This document shows positions 9,364-19,846 of a DNA stretch of 43,481 nt, in pieces. Each line of letters opens with the position of its first letter. Position 1 is the stretch's first letter. The position numbers were made by a program, and so were the translations under genes. Source of the stretch: an uncultured bacterium (GTDB taxonomy: Bacteria > Oederibacteriota > CAKKQC01); assembly GCA_964587525.1 (NCBI GenBank), contig CAZPLZ010000002.1, forward strand, positions 1 through 43,481, read 5' to 3'. The notes below the pieces were generated by a model. The model was not told the DNA's origin. It did not search any database and worked only from the letters and a program-made list of their open reading frames with translations.

Positions 9364-10911
9364 ATGACCGGCACCGTCTTCGCGCTCGTCCCGCCCCTGC
9401 TGGCCATTGTCCTGGCGATCACCACCCGGCGGGTGTACCTCTCGCTGTTCGCGGGGGTTGCGGTCGGCGCCGCCATGGTGACCGGCGGCGACATCCCCCA
9501 GACGCTGTGGCGGCTGGTCAGCGAGTACGCCATCAACCCCTTCCACCACCCTGACCGGTTGAAGCTGCTCGCCTTCACCACGATGATCGGCGCCACCGTG
9601 GCCCTGATGGCGGCCAGCGGCGGAACCGGCGCGCTGGTCTCGCGGCTGGTCCGGCTGGCCTCCACGGCGACCAGGGCACAGGTCTTCGCCGGGCTGGCCG
9701 GGCTGCTGATCTTTTTCGACGACTACGCCAACTGCTTGATCGTCGGCCCCGCATTCATGGCCGTGTTCGCGTATCACCGGCTCAGCCGGGCCAAACTCGC
9801 GTACATCGTGGACTCAACCGCCGCCGCGGTCTCAAGCACCATGTTCATCAGCAGTTGGATCGGCCTTGAGCTGAGCCTGATCAAAGACGCCATCGCAGCG
9901 CTGCCGCAGCCGGATCTGGCGGGCATGGAACCATACTCGGTGTTCCTCGAATCCATCCCGTTCCGGTTCTACCTGCTGTTCGCCCTGGCCCTCGTGTTCA
10001 TCATCGGCTGCTCCGGCCGTGACTTTGGCCCCATGGCGGCCTCGGAGCGGGCGGCCCGGAAAGGGCCTGCTCCGCGGACTGGCCGAACCGGCAGGCGCGG
10101 CCACTTGGCGCTGGCGATCATCCCCATGTCGCTGCTCCTGTTCGGCACCCTCGCCGGTCTCATCCTCAGCGGCAGGAGCGCCCTGGCCGCGGAAGGCGAG
10201 CTGGCATCGTCCACGTTACGCGACGTGATCAGCGCGGCGGACCCGTACAACGCGATGTTCTGGGCGTCCCTGTCAAGCTTCGTCGCCGCCCTCGCCCTGG
10301 CCTCCTGGCCGGGCAGGCTTAGAACCGCTGCCCTGGCCCGCGCCACCGCACGCGGGGCGTGGCTCATGATCCCGCCGCTCCTCATCCTGGTCCTGGCCTG
10401 GGCGCTTGGCGACATCTGCCGCGAGCTCGGCACCGGGCAGTACGTCGGGCAGGCGCTCGCGGACGCGGCGAAGCCGTGGATCCTCCCAACGCTGGTGTTC
10501 CTCGCCGGCGCGGGGGTGAGCTTTTCCACCGGCACATCGTTTGGCACCATGGCCATCCTTATGCCGGTGGCGATTCCGCTGGCGGCGGCCAGCGGCACTG
10601 CGGCCGGGCTTGCCCCTGACGCGGCGCAACTGCTCCTGGTATCAACGGTGGGAAGCGTGCTGGGGGGCGCGGTGTTCGGCGATCACTGTTCGATCATCAG
10701 CGACACGACCATTCTGTCCGCCACCGCCACCCGCTGCGGCCTGGTGGAGCACTTCCAGACCCAGATCCCCTACGCCCTGCTCGCCGGCGCCGTCGCCATC
10801 GTGGTGGGCACCCTTCCCGCCGGGCTGGGCATCTCCCCCTGGCTGTGTCTGCCGGCCGGGATCCTTGTGATGATCGCCATCGTCCGCTTCCTGGGCCGCC
10901 CTTCACCATGA
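9364..10911 (+). CDS. Na+/H+ antiporter NhaC-family membrane transporter
   Basis: Polytopic hydrophobic 515-aa protein. FFDDYANCLIVGP and the C-terminal GDHCSIISDTTILS motifs are characteristic of the NhaC family. Confidence 0.8.
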   Translation: MTGTVFALVPPLLAIVLAITTRRVYLSLFAGVAVGAAMVTGGDIPQTLWRLVSEYAINPFHHPDRLKLLAFTTMIGATVALMAASGGTGALVSRLVRLASTATRAQVFAGLAGLLIFFDDYANCLIVGPAFMAVFAYHRLSRAKLAYIVDSTAAAVSSTMFISSWIGLELSLIKDAIAALPQPDLAGMEPYSVFLESIPFRFYLLFALALVFIIGCSGRDFGPMAASERAARKGPAPRTGRTGRRGHLALAIIPMSLLLFGTLAGLILSGRSALAAEGELASSTLRDVISAADPYNAMFWASLSSFVAALALASWPGRLRTAALARATARGAWLMIPPLLILVLAWALGDICRELGTGQYVGQALADAAKPWILPTLVFLAGAGVSFSTGTSFGTMAILMPVAIPLAAASGTAAGLAPDAAQLLLVSTVGSVLGGAVFGDHCSIISDTTILSATATRCGLVEHFQTQIPYALLAGAVAIVVGTLPAGLGISPWLCLPAGILVMIAIVRFLGRPSP

Positions 10912-10984
10912 CTCACGCGCTGAGCGGCCGTTCCGGGGTTGTGAAACAGCCTCTCTATCATTGAGACCAACCAGCCCATATTAT

Positions 10985-12037
10985 ATGGAAACTATGGTGA
11001 CCCCTCCCGTGAGCCGGGCCCAGTTCGCCAGCGACAACGCCACCGGTATCTGTCCGGAAGCGTGGGAAGCCATGGCCGAAGCCAACCGGGGGGCCGCCGA
11101 AGCCTACGGTGAGGACTCGTGGACCAAAACCGCCTGCGATCTGTTCCGGGAGCTCTTCGAGACCGACTGCGATGTGTTTTTCACCTTCAATGGCACCGCG
11201 TCCAACTCGTTGGCGCTCGCCTCCCTCTGCCAGTCCTACCACAGCATCATCTGCCATGAGCTGGCGCATGTGGAGACCGATGAGTGCGGCGGGCCCGAGT
11301 TTTTCTCCAATGGAACCAAAATTCTCCTTGCGCGGGGGAACCACGGGAAAGTAGGTCCGGCGGCGGTGGAGGAACTGGTTCGACGCCGCAGCGATGTCCA
11401 CTATCCCAAACCCAAAGCGCTGAGCCTGACGCAGGCCACCGAGCTGGGCACCGTCTATACCGTGCAAGAGCTGGAGGCCATTCACGACACCACCAGGGGG
11501 CTGAAGCTTCATCTCCATATGGATGGAGCCCGGTTCGCCAATGCCATGGCCTTCCTCCAGGTCCCCCCCAAGGACATCACCTGGAAGGTCGGGGTGGATG
11601 TCCTGTGTTTCGGCGGCAGCAAGAACGGCCTAGCCGTGGGTGAAGCGGTGATTTTCTTTAACAAAGCGCTGGCTCAGGAATTCGACTACCGCTGCAAGCA
11701 GGCCGGCCAACTTTCATCCAAGATGCGCTTTCTCTCCGCCCCCTGGGTTGGACTCCTCAAGTCCGGCACCTGGCTCAACAATGCCGAACATGCCAACCGC
11801 ATGGCGCGCCTTCTGGAATCTCAACTGCGGACCGTTCCGGGCGTTGAACTCCTGGGGTCCGGCCAAGCCAATGCGGTCTTTGTAAAATTTCCTCCAGCGA
11901 TCAGCGAACGCCTGCAGGAGCGCGGGTGGAAATACTATGCCTTCGTCGGCGCCGGTGGATCGCGTCTCATGTGCTCATGGAGCACCAAGGAAGAGGACAT
12001 CCACGCGCTCATGCAGGACATCAAGCAGCAGCGTTAA
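10985..12037 (+). CDS. ltaE: Low-specificity L-threonine aldolase (PLP-dependent beta-eliminating lyase family)
   Basis: FASDNATGICPEAWEAM, FTFNGTASNSLAL, HVETDECGGPEF and the PLP-lysine region FGGSKNG. The start is uncertain: candidates are 10961, 10985 and 10994. Confidence 0.8.
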   Translation: METMVTPPVSRAQFASDNATGICPEAWEAMAEANRGAAEAYGEDSWTKTACDLFRELFETDCDVFFTFNGTASNSLALASLCQSYHSIICHELAHVETDECGGPEFFSNGTKILLARGNHGKVGPAAVEELVRRRSDVHYPKPKALSLTQATELGTVYTVQELEAIHDTTRGLKLHLHMDGARFANAMAFLQVPPKDITWKVGVDVLCFGGSKNGLAVGEAVIFFNKALAQEFDYRCKQAGQLSSKMRFLSAPWVGLLKSGTWLNNAEHANRMARLLESQLRTVPGVELLGSGQANAVFVKFPPAISERLQERGWKYYAFVGAGGSRLMCSWSTKEEDIHALMQDIKQQR

Positions 12038-12071
12038 CGTTCGCCCCCCTCTTCCCTTTAGGTACCTTCCC

Positions 12072-13337
12072 CTACCAGCGGCGCTGGCGCCGGTTCCGGT
12101 GGTCCACCCAAGGCCGCAGCCCCGCCTTCCCCGCGGGAGCGTGGGCGGGAGGCGGTGCGGGACGGTAGTCTTGGCGAGGCGCCGGGGGAGGCGGAACCGC
12201 CGCCACGGCGAACCCTTCAGGAACGGGCGTCACCGGGATCCGCATTCGAATCAGCTTCTCGATAGCGACGAGATCTTGACGCTCGTCCGGACCGCAGAAG
12301 GCGATCGCCACGCCCGCAGCGCCCGCGCGCGCGGTGCGGCCGATGCGGTGGACGTAGACCTCCGGGACGTCCGGAATGTCGAAGTTGATCACGTGCGTAA
12401 TGTCCTCGACGTCGATGCCCCGCGCCGCGATGTCGGTGGCCACCAGCACCCGGATTGCACCACGCTTGAAGTCCTCCAGGGCGCGCACCCGAGCCCCCTG
12501 GCCCTTGTTGCCGTGGATCGCGTCGGCCGACACCCGGCCCTGGACGAGCTTCTCGGCCACCCGGTTGGCTCCCCGCTTGGTGCGCGTGAAGACCAGCGTG
12601 CGGCGGAACGCCGGGTCCCTCAGGAGCCGCGCCAGGAGGTTGAACTTGTCGTGCTTGTTCACGTGGTAGAGCGACTGGGCGGTCTTCTCGATCGTCGTCG
12701 CCGGGGGCGTGATCTCCACCCGCACCGGGTTCGTGAGGATGTCCCGGGCGAGCGACTGGATGTCACGCGGAAGCGTCGCGGAGAAGAAAAGGGTCTGCCG
12801 CTTTCGCGGGAGGGTGGAGATCACCCGGCGCACGTCGTAGATGAACCCCATGTCGAGCATGCGGTCCGCCTCGTCCAGGACCAGGATCTCCACCCGGTTG
12901 AGCCGGGCGATTCGCTGGCCGAGGAGGTCCAGGAGGCGGCCCGGCGTGGCGACGAGGACGTCCACTCCCCTGCGGAGCGCCATCTCCTGGGGCCGCTGGC
13001 CTACGCCGCCGAACACCACCGTGTGCTGCACCCGGAGGTGGCGGCCATACGTGGCGAAGCTCTCCCCGATCTGTGCGGCGAGCTCACGGGTCGGCGAAAG
13101 GACGAGGACGCGCACATGTCGGTAGGCCGGCACGGGCGCGGCGTGGAGGCGCTGGAGGATCGGGAGCGCGAACGCGGCGGTCTTTCCCGTGCCGGTCTGC
13201 GCGCAGCCGAGGAGGTCGCGCCCCTCCAGGACGTGCACGATCGTCTTCTCCTGGATGGGCATGGGATGATCGTATCCTTCCTCCCGCACGGCGCGGAGGA
13301 GCGGCTCGATCAGCCGGAGGTCTTCAAAGCGGGTCAT
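12072..13337 (-). CDS. rhlE: DEAD-box ATP-dependent RNA helicase
   Basis: Q-motif region, AQTGTGKT (Walker A), VLDEADRMLDMGF (DEAD), SAT, HRIGRTARAG, and a basic C-terminal tail. Confidence 0.9.
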   Translation of the reverse strand: MTRFEDLRLIEPLLRAVREEGYDHPMPIQEKTIVHVLEGRDLLGCAQTGTGKTAAFALPILQRLHAAPVPAYRHVRVLVLSPTRELAAQIGESFATYGRHLRVQHTVVFGGVGQRPQEMALRRGVDVLVATPGRLLDLLGQRIARLNRVEILVLDEADRMLDMGFIYDVRRVISTLPRKRQTLFFSATLPRDIQSLARDILTNPVRVEITPPATTIEKTAQSLYHVNKHDKFNLLARLLRDPAFRRTLVFTRTKRGANRVAEKLVQGRVSADAIHGNKGQGARVRALEDFKRGAIRVLVATDIAARGIDVEDITHVINFDIPDVPEVYVHRIGRTARAGAAGVAIAFCGPDERQDLVAIEKLIRMRIPVTPVPEGFAVAAVPPPPAPRQDYRPAPPPAHAPAGKAGLRPWVDHRNRRQRRW

Positions 13338-13449
13338 GAAACATCCACAGTATCAGGTACCTACATTCTACTAAAAACTCCTCACCCAAAAGTATGAAGA
13401 TATGAACTATGTCCCCCAAAACGTATAGTGATTCGCTAAGGAGGGCATC

Positions 13450-14079
13450 ATGGCCAATGCGCAGGTGATAGTTGCGGGTACCGACCTCTGGCACGATCTT
13501 TTGGCAGGAGGCCAAGCGGTGCAGAAGACGCTGCTCGAAGCAGGCGTTCACGCCACGCTCCGGGTGGGATTGGAGCGGTTCAGCGCCGAGCAGGAGAAGA
13601 CCCCGGACGTCTACGTCATCAATGGCATGGCGACGTGGATATCCCCGGAAGGCAGCACGGCCCTGGCGAACAAAATCGTCGCCGGCACCGGGCTCGTCAT
13701 CCTGCACGCAACGAACGTGGCGTTCGGGGACTGGAAGGATCAGATCGGTTTCTTTCAGCTCATCGGGAGCCGGTTCGTGAGCCATCCCCCGCTGACCCAG
13801 TTCACCGTTCAGCCGGGGGAAGCCCACCCGGTCACGAACGGCGTCGGAAAGTTCGAGATCGAAGACGAAGGGTACGAGATAGAATGGACGGGCGAGCCGC
13901 CGAAGGTGCTGGCAACCGGGGAATGGGGCGGCGCCGTGCACCCGCTGGTCTACGTCCGCGAGCACGGGAAGGGCCGCGTCTGCTACATCGCCCTCGGCCA
14001 CGACGGCCGGGCGTGGAGCAACCCGGGATTCAAGCGGCTCGTGACCCAGGCCGTCTCCTGGGCCGCACTAAAGACCTGA
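13450..14079 (+). CDS. ThuA-like (trehalose-utilisation) domain protein
   Basis: AAGGAGG lies upstream of the ATG. GLVILHATN...SHPP...VTNGV..FEIEDEGYE...ALGHD follows the pattern of the ThuA family. Confidence 0.7.
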   Translation: MANAQVIVAGTDLWHDLLAGGQAVQKTLLEAGVHATLRVGLERFSAEQEKTPDVYVINGMATWISPEGSTALANKIVAGTGLVILHATNVAFGDWKDQIGFFQLIGSRFVSHPPLTQFTVQPGEAHPVTNGVGKFEIEDEGYEIEWTGEPPKVLATGEWGGAVHPLVYVREHGKGRVCYIALGHDGRAWSNPGFKRLVTQAVSWAALKT

Positions 14080-14103
14080 CCCCATTTCCCACCCCCGCTC
14101 TTG

Positions 14104-15756
14104 TTAGTTGCCCTCGACCTTGATTTTACCGCCGACAATCTCGAGTTTGATGATGGACCCGTACCCGCGTTCGGTGTGGTGCGCGGGGGCGTTCGAGTTG
14201 CACGTCCATACGTTGCCCTCTGCGTCGAATTCGATCTCACGCGTATAGGTCACGCGCGAGGGCATGCGGAACTCGACAAGGTCTTCCGTCTTCGGGTCGA
14301 ACCTATGGAGTGTGTCGTTCCCCGTGCCGCAAATCCAGACATAGCCCTTCGGGTCGATGTTCAACGCATAGGGGATCTGGTTCTCCGCGTCCGGAAGATC
14401 GTACACTTTCCACATTTCGGTCTTGGGGTCGAACCGGCCAAACACCCCTGAGCCGAACCCCGGCACCCACACGATACCGTCCGGCGCAACGTGAAGGCGC
14501 CGCGGCCCACGGAAAGGCGGGTTCCATTCCTTAATGTCCCCGTCCGGAGCGTTCGGGTCGATCCGCCCGATGCGGTTGCCGTTGAGCTTCGAGTACCAGA
14601 TGGTACCGTCGACAGGCGAGAAGTCGATGCCATACGGCGTGATGCCGCGCGATTCGCCGCGCCCGGCGCCGACCGCTTGGTCCCTCCTCAGGAGTTTGTA
14701 TTCCTTCACCTTAAGGGTTTCAGGGTGAAGTGAGAAACAAGAGTTCCTACCCGCGTCCGTATACCAGATAAGGCCCTCTGGGTCCTTGGGGTTGATACGC
14801 AGCGTATGGGGATAGGAGCCGCGTCGGGCCGGGGCCTCAGCACTCGAGGTGATGGTGAAATTCTTCGTCTTCATGTCAAACTTGGCCATCTCGCCGGAAA
14901 TACAGAGGGTGAACCACATGTTGCCGTCATTGCCCAGCTCGACCGAGTGCGGCCCCCTGTACCTTCCCGGGAATCGGTAGAGTTCGCGCTCGCCCGTCCC
15001 CGGGTCCAGCGTCAGAACTGCGTTTTGGGCCATATCCACCGCGTAGACCAGGCCGTCCGGCCCCAACTCAAGGTCATGGATCATGACGTTGAACTGCTCA
15101 CCCATGTCCCATTCGGTGATCTTTGCCTGCGTCGCGACACCTTTCGGGGCCGACGGCGGCACGAACGCTGGCCACTTCGCGACCGCGTCATCGCTGTAGG
15201 CCTCGACCAGACGCTTCGCGAGCGTATTCTGTGTGTGCTGGTAGAGTCCGCCGAAACCCTCCATGCGCTTCATCGCCGCCTCCCAGTCGGCCGGTGTTTT
15301 CGGGTTTCGCCAACCTCTGGACCCAGACTGATGGCAATAGGAGCACATCATCTTGTAGTTCTCTCTGTCCTTGCGGTTGTCCCACTTGAGCATGCTGAAC
15401 CCGCTGTCCGCCGTGCGCTGAATCTCCAGCTCTTCGCCCTTCGCGGGCTTCATGGCGAATGATACGCCGGTCGCGCCCGCGGCCACGTCTTCCTGCCATT
15501 CGTCGAGTTGACCCATGAGACGCGCACGCACATTGAACGTCACGTCGCGCAGCCCGTCGATCGCAAACGAACCGTCGGCCTGGCTGAATACCGAAATACT
15601 TTGCTGGCGCTCCTTGTCAAAAGCCGAGACCATCACGCCTTCCATGGCCTTGCCGGAAGCGTCCACCACATGGCCGCGGATCGTCTGTGCTTCGACGTAC
15701 CCCACGCACACACAAAACACCAGGGCCATCGCGGTCGTCCATACGGTTTTAGTCAT
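14104..15756 (-). CDS. Secreted protein: CarboxypepD_reg-like domain + c-type haem motif + Vgb (streptogramin-lyase)-like beta-propeller
   Basis: Trimmed to ATG 15756, giving the signal peptide MTKTVWTTAMALVFCVCVGYVEA. Also TIRGHVVDASGKAMEGVMVSA, a CSYCH haem-binding CxxCH motif, and repeated GP..v..d.dG.iW propeller blades. Confidence 0.65.
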   Translation of the reverse strand: MTKTVWTTAMALVFCVCVGYVEAQTIRGHVVDASGKAMEGVMVSAFDKERQQSISVFSQADGSFAIDGLRDVTFNVRARLMGQLDEWQEDVAAGATGVSFAMKPAKGEELEIQRTADSGFSMLKWDNRKDRENYKMMCSYCHQSGSRGWRNPKTPADWEAAMKRMEGFGGLYQHTQNTLAKRLVEAYSDDAVAKWPAFVPPSAPKGVATQAKITEWDMGEQFNVMIHDLELGPDGLVYAVDMAQNAVLTLDPGTGERELYRFPGRYRGPHSVELGNDGNMWFTLCISGEMAKFDMKTKNFTITSSAEAPARRGSYPHTLRINPKDPEGLIWYTDAGRNSCFSLHPETLKVKEYKLLRRDQAVGAGRGESRGITPYGIDFSPVDGTIWYSKLNGNRIGRIDPNAPDGDIKEWNPPFRGPRRLHVAPDGIVWVPGFGSGVFGRFDPKTEMWKVYDLPDAENQIPYALNIDPKGYVWICGTGNDTLHRFDPKTEDLVEFRMPSRVTYTREIEFDAEGNVWTCNSNAPAHHTERGYGSIIKLEIVGGKIKVEGN

Positions 15757-15920
15757 CACGTTTCCTTCCATGCTGTTGGCATTGGGGACATTATAGACCT
15801 GCGACCTAAGAGCTAGTCTCCGACTCTTATCGCTCACTACACCCGGGAGTCATTCTTCGCGTAAGTGCACACCCACTATTCTCTGAAGCATCTTACTTGA
15901 CGTTATTTTGACTCGTACAC

Positions 15921-18900
15921 TCACATCAACAGATCACGCAAGTCTCGCCTTCGGCGGACCAAAAAACTCGTCCTTAGCCATTGGTCAATCTCTTTTAGGA
16001 TACGGGCCAGCCAAACGGGCAAAAGAGCAAACGTGGATCTCAGTTGCCTGACCAAGCTCCGGAGCGCTGCAATGGCATCTCTTCCACCAGTGGCACTCTT
16101 AAGGACAAGGTCAATAAACATTACCCTTTGATGTGCAAGCATGGGCTCACCCCCAAGCTCCTTAAGCAGATCCGCCAGGACACGGACGGCTGATTCCTCA
16201 GTGCACACCGGTCCCTCCAGGCTCTTAAAAACGTTGGCGACATTTCCCGACACGTCGTACTTACGCTTCCGTACAAGCCAAGCAAGAAAACTTACATCAA
16301 CTGGTACATAGAAATAATTGGCCGCCATCAGCTTTGTTAGGAACTCGTAACGTTCTTCGCCGGAAACATTCCCTGCGACGCTCATTTCTTTCAGTACATC
16401 GAGAACAGATGCACCAACAACTTGCCAGGAATTATTTGCAAGGCGTCGCAGACCAAAGTCATCCGAAAACAAGGGAAGACCACTAGCTTTGGCAATCAGA
16501 CTGGCAGCAAAACCTCCAGAACCGACAAGCCGCTCCCAGTGGTCAACATCTTCCTTTTTCATTTCCAATTTCTCCGGATTCGCTCGAATATCCGTCTTTG
16601 TTTGTATAAATGTAATGATGTTCTCAAGAAACCGCCTTCCCTCGCGCAATTCCTCCTCACTCGACTCGTGGTGATACATCGTATCTCCCACCTTGCTGAT
16701 CGTGCTCATCTTCTGACTAGGCTCAGGTAACTTCGCCAGAGATTTCGTCAACTCTTCCAGAACAGCGGATGGAACAACGAGCTTCCGGAATGCTTGCACT
16801 CTCTCCAAAATTCCAAGAAAGGCCAAAGTAAGAAGCGCCGTCTGATCCACGATCAACCTTTCCGCATTCCGGATCACGACTGCCCCAGTCTTCTGTTCGT
16901 CCTCTCCACCACTTGAGCAGATAATCGTCGCGCCAACTCTTCCGACTAGAGAGCCCCAGACTTCCACGACAGATGCACGAACCAACGTAGCGAACGTGTG
17001 GAGCGGTATTCTTTGCGCCTTGTAAAGCGTCTCCACTTGTCCAGTAAACTTGCTGCGCATTTCGAGTGCTGCCGTCACCTTTGAATAATCATTCTTCTTA
17101 ATCTTGACCTTCTGCAACTCAGAACTGCCCGGAAAATATCGCGTGAAATTGTCAAGGCTGTCTTGGAAGGCATAGACATACCTATGCTGGATCTCCACTA
17201 ACCGGTAAGGCGATTCAGCGACCCCGCCCACCCGCAGGCTTACCTGATCTCCCACTGCCTTTCCCTGCAATCGACGATACGCTTCACTATCCGGACCAAT
17301 CTCGGCTCGCTCTGGAACCGCATTCACGTCGTCTAAGAGCAGATAAGACTGCGGCCCGGCCTCGCTCTTCAAACGGACGGCACAGTTGGGAACCACCTTC
17401 TCGGGTGCGTTTAATTCTCCTGGGATTACTTCCCTCCGGAGAAATAAATTTATATAGGCCATATGCATAGTTTCATTAGAAAACCCTTCTCGCCGTGCCT
17501 GAAAAGCGAATTCTAGGACGCCTGGCAACTCCAAGAGATGCCGCGCCTCAGCAAGCGCCATAAGATGTTGCGCATTCCCCTTAGCTCTATCCAAGGAAAT
17601 CGGCTCAACGATGCCACGAGCCGCCTCCTTATCCCCCACGCCAAGAGATATCGATACTGCACGGATAAGATGACCCAATTCTTTTGGCTCCACTTTGCTG
17701 AGTTCAATCCAAATAGCTCTCGCAGAATTTGTGTCACCAATGTGCTCAAGGACTCTTGCCTCCACCTCGGAAATAACGAGCACAACCTTTCTGCTTCCTC
17801 GCATCTGCCGAGCCGACTCCAATGCTTCTTTGTATTGGCCTGAATTGAGCAATGCGATCAGAAATCGCTCAGAGACCGGACTTACTAGGTTTCGATCGAT
17901 CAGTGGTCGATAGATGTTTGCGGCCTCCGCATACCTTTTCAAGTCACACAACATATTCGCCCGCCCCAAAAGAATGAAGTTTCGTTGATTCCCCGTTGCT
18001 GTCTCTGCTGCCTTCACCAAAAGAGCGAGCGCGTCGTCGGCATTCCCACGTAGATGTAGATAGCGGGCGCGAAGCGCCATCACTCGCGAATCTCCAGGAC
18101 GTACTCCCTCAAGGTCCGATATGATCCGTCCCATCTCTTCTATTTCATTCGTCCTAAGTAGAGCTCTGACATAAACTTCACCAGCGTCAAACGCGGGTCC
18201 TCTCCATCCCTTGAGTTCCCCCCACCGGACACGCAGGTATGCCAAAGCCTTTTCCGGCTCCTCCGCATCGATCAGAAGCTGTGCATGTGCCACATGGTCC
18301 TCGGCTTCCGCTTTGTCATTCAGAAGCTGCTCCTGAATCTTTACTGCCGACGCAAATTGGTCCATGCGCGCCAAGATAGATACCTTCTTTTTCAAAACCA
18401 TACGATCACCTGGACGCTCGCCAAGGATCGCATCAACGTCCATGAGAGCCTCATCATATCGATCGAGTAGTATGCGGACGGCAGCGCGATGTTCCAATAT
18501 TTCCAAGTAGTGATCTCGTCTCTCGGAAGCTCTTAAGACATCTACTGCCACCGCAAGGAATGTTTCGGCCTCGCCAATTCGGGCAAGTGATTCCTCTGGA
18601 ATGCGACCTTCGAGCGGTGGATCCGCCACCAACTTGCGCTGCACCGGAGTGATAATGCTAACGGCCAAGATTTCTAACATGGCCGCATCTTTCGGTTCGC
18701 GCTCCAACGATCGTCTTGCATAGGACTCTGCCTTGTCATAGTCTTCCGTCCGGAAGTAAATCTCCGCGCATACCCCATTGACGCCAGGATCATCCGCTGC
18801 CCAGGAGTTATTTGCCAGTGTCCTTTCGACGTCGTCGAATCGCGCAGTTTTCCCGCAGAGCTGAATGAACGTGGCAAGTACGTTGGACTTCCTTGTTCCT

Positions 18901-19775
18901 GAACCCACCGCCCTCCGTGCATGGCCATAGGCCTCTTCCAATCTGTCGTTCGTCATGAGTCCAAGCGCCATGTTGGAAAGTGCATCAGGATCAGCCGGCC
19001 GCAGCGCAAGCGCTCGCTCATACTCAGGTAAAGCTTGTGCTGACTGACCGAGATGAAGAGCACAATTTCCGAGGTTCGTCGCAACACGAAACTGTGTCAA
19101 CTCGCTTACGGTTTTCCCCTCTGTCTCTGCACGAACGTCAAGCAGTATCCGCTCGGCGGGTCTATACTTACCGTCCTCCATAAAGTTCTTCGCCACATCA
19201 ATCTTGGCCTTCCACTCTCGCTCCGCATCAGGAGCTCCAACAACCAAAGAGTCGGAACTTTCCGGCGATTCGATCATCCCCAACGCAGGTCTTCCATACA
19301 AGTAAAGCCTAATTTCATCTACCTTTGCATTCAGTTGCTGAAAACCGTGCATCTGTTGCTCAGCACCCGCCGCAATCTGGTTTGAAAGAAGCAATGAAGC
19401 GTAGCGGGTTGTCATCAGCTCTTCATGGAGATGGCGGGAAAATGTGCCCAAGACGTCCTTAGCAATTGCTTTAACATCTCCTTGATAGACGAAATCCCCC
19501 TCGGAGATGAAACTTTCAACGATGGTCTGAAACGAGTGCGTCCGCTTGCCACTTCGGATGCCGGCCAGGAGTTCTTCAAAAGTTTCCCGCTTGGTCCATT
19601 GGCGAAGAGAAAAGTCGCAGACGAGTTTGCCGTCATAATCAGCCTGGGTGCGGCTAATTGCTAAATCGACTGCTTTCTTCCACTCATCTTCCTGAAGGAA
19701 ATTCTTCGCCCAAGAGGTCGCTGCCATTTCTAAAATCTTTTCAAACAAGCTCCAGATAATTGTTTCTGCCACCAT
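15921..19775 (-). CDS. Large TPR-repeat protein with C-terminal PIN-like nuclease domain
   Basis: 1284 aa. The central ~600 aa are TPR-like helical repeats (A..Y..AL...P.D). The C-terminal third has PIN-like acidic positions (LIVDQTALLTL, LEELTKS, LFSDDFGLRRLA). It is the first gene of the AT-richer island. Confidence 0.7.
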   Translation of the reverse strand: MVAETIIWSLFEKILEMAATSWAKNFLQEDEWKKAVDLAISRTQADYDGKLVCDFSLRQWTKRETFEELLAGIRSGKRTHSFQTIVESFISEGDFVYQGDVKAIAKDVLGTFSRHLHEELMTTRYASLLLSNQIAAGAEQQMHGFQQLNAKVDEIRLYLYGRPALGMIESPESSDSLVVGAPDAEREWKAKIDVAKNFMEDGKYRPAERILLDVRAETEGKTVSELTQFRVATNLGNCALHLGQSAQALPEYERALALRPADPDALSNMALGLMTNDRLEEAYGHARRAVGSGTRKSNVLATFIQLCGKTARFDDVERTLANNSWAADDPGVNGVCAEIYFRTEDYDKAESYARRSLEREPKDAAMLEILAVSIITPVQRKLVADPPLEGRIPEESLARIGEAETFLAVAVDVLRASERRDHYLEILEHRAAVRILLDRYDEALMDVDAILGERPGDRMVLKKKVSILARMDQFASAVKIQEQLLNDKAEAEDHVAHAQLLIDAEEPEKALAYLRVRWGELKGWRGPAFDAGEVYVRALLRTNEIEEMGRIISDLEGVRPGDSRVMALRARYLHLRGNADDALALLVKAAETATGNQRNFILLGRANMLCDLKRYAEAANIYRPLIDRNLVSPVSERFLIALLNSGQYKEALESARQMRGSRKVVLVISEVEARVLEHIGDTNSARAIWIELSKVEPKELGHLIRAVSISLGVGDKEAARGIVEPISLDRAKGNAQHLMALAEARHLLELPGVLEFAFQARREGFSNETMHMAYINLFLRREVIPGELNAPEKVVPNCAVRLKSEAGPQSYLLLDDVNAVPERAEIGPDSEAYRRLQGKAVGDQVSLRVGGVAESPYRLVEIQHRYVYAFQDSLDNFTRYFPGSSELQKVKIKKNDYSKVTAALEMRSKFTGQVETLYKAQRIPLHTFATLVRASVVEVWGSLVGRVGATIICSSGGEDEQKTGAVVIRNAERLIVDQTALLTLAFLGILERVQAFRKLVVPSAVLEELTKSLAKLPEPSQKMSTISKVGDTMYHHESSEEELREGRRFLENIITFIQTKTDIRANPEKLEMKKEDVDHWERLVGSGGFAASLIAKASGLPLFSDDFGLRRLANNSWQVVGASVLDVLKEMSVAGNVSGEERYEFLTKLMAANYFYVPVDVSFLAWLVRKRKYDVSGNVANVFKSLEGPVCTEESAVRVLADLLKELGGEPMLAHQRVMFIDLVLKSATGGRDAIAALRSLVRQLRSTFALLPVWLARILKEIDQWLRTSFLVRRRRDLRDLLM

Positions 19776-19846
19776 TAGATTTTCATGCTATCAGAGCCCA
19801 CCAAGCCCCCCGCGACCAGGAGAGATTCGTATCGAAAGGGGAATAG

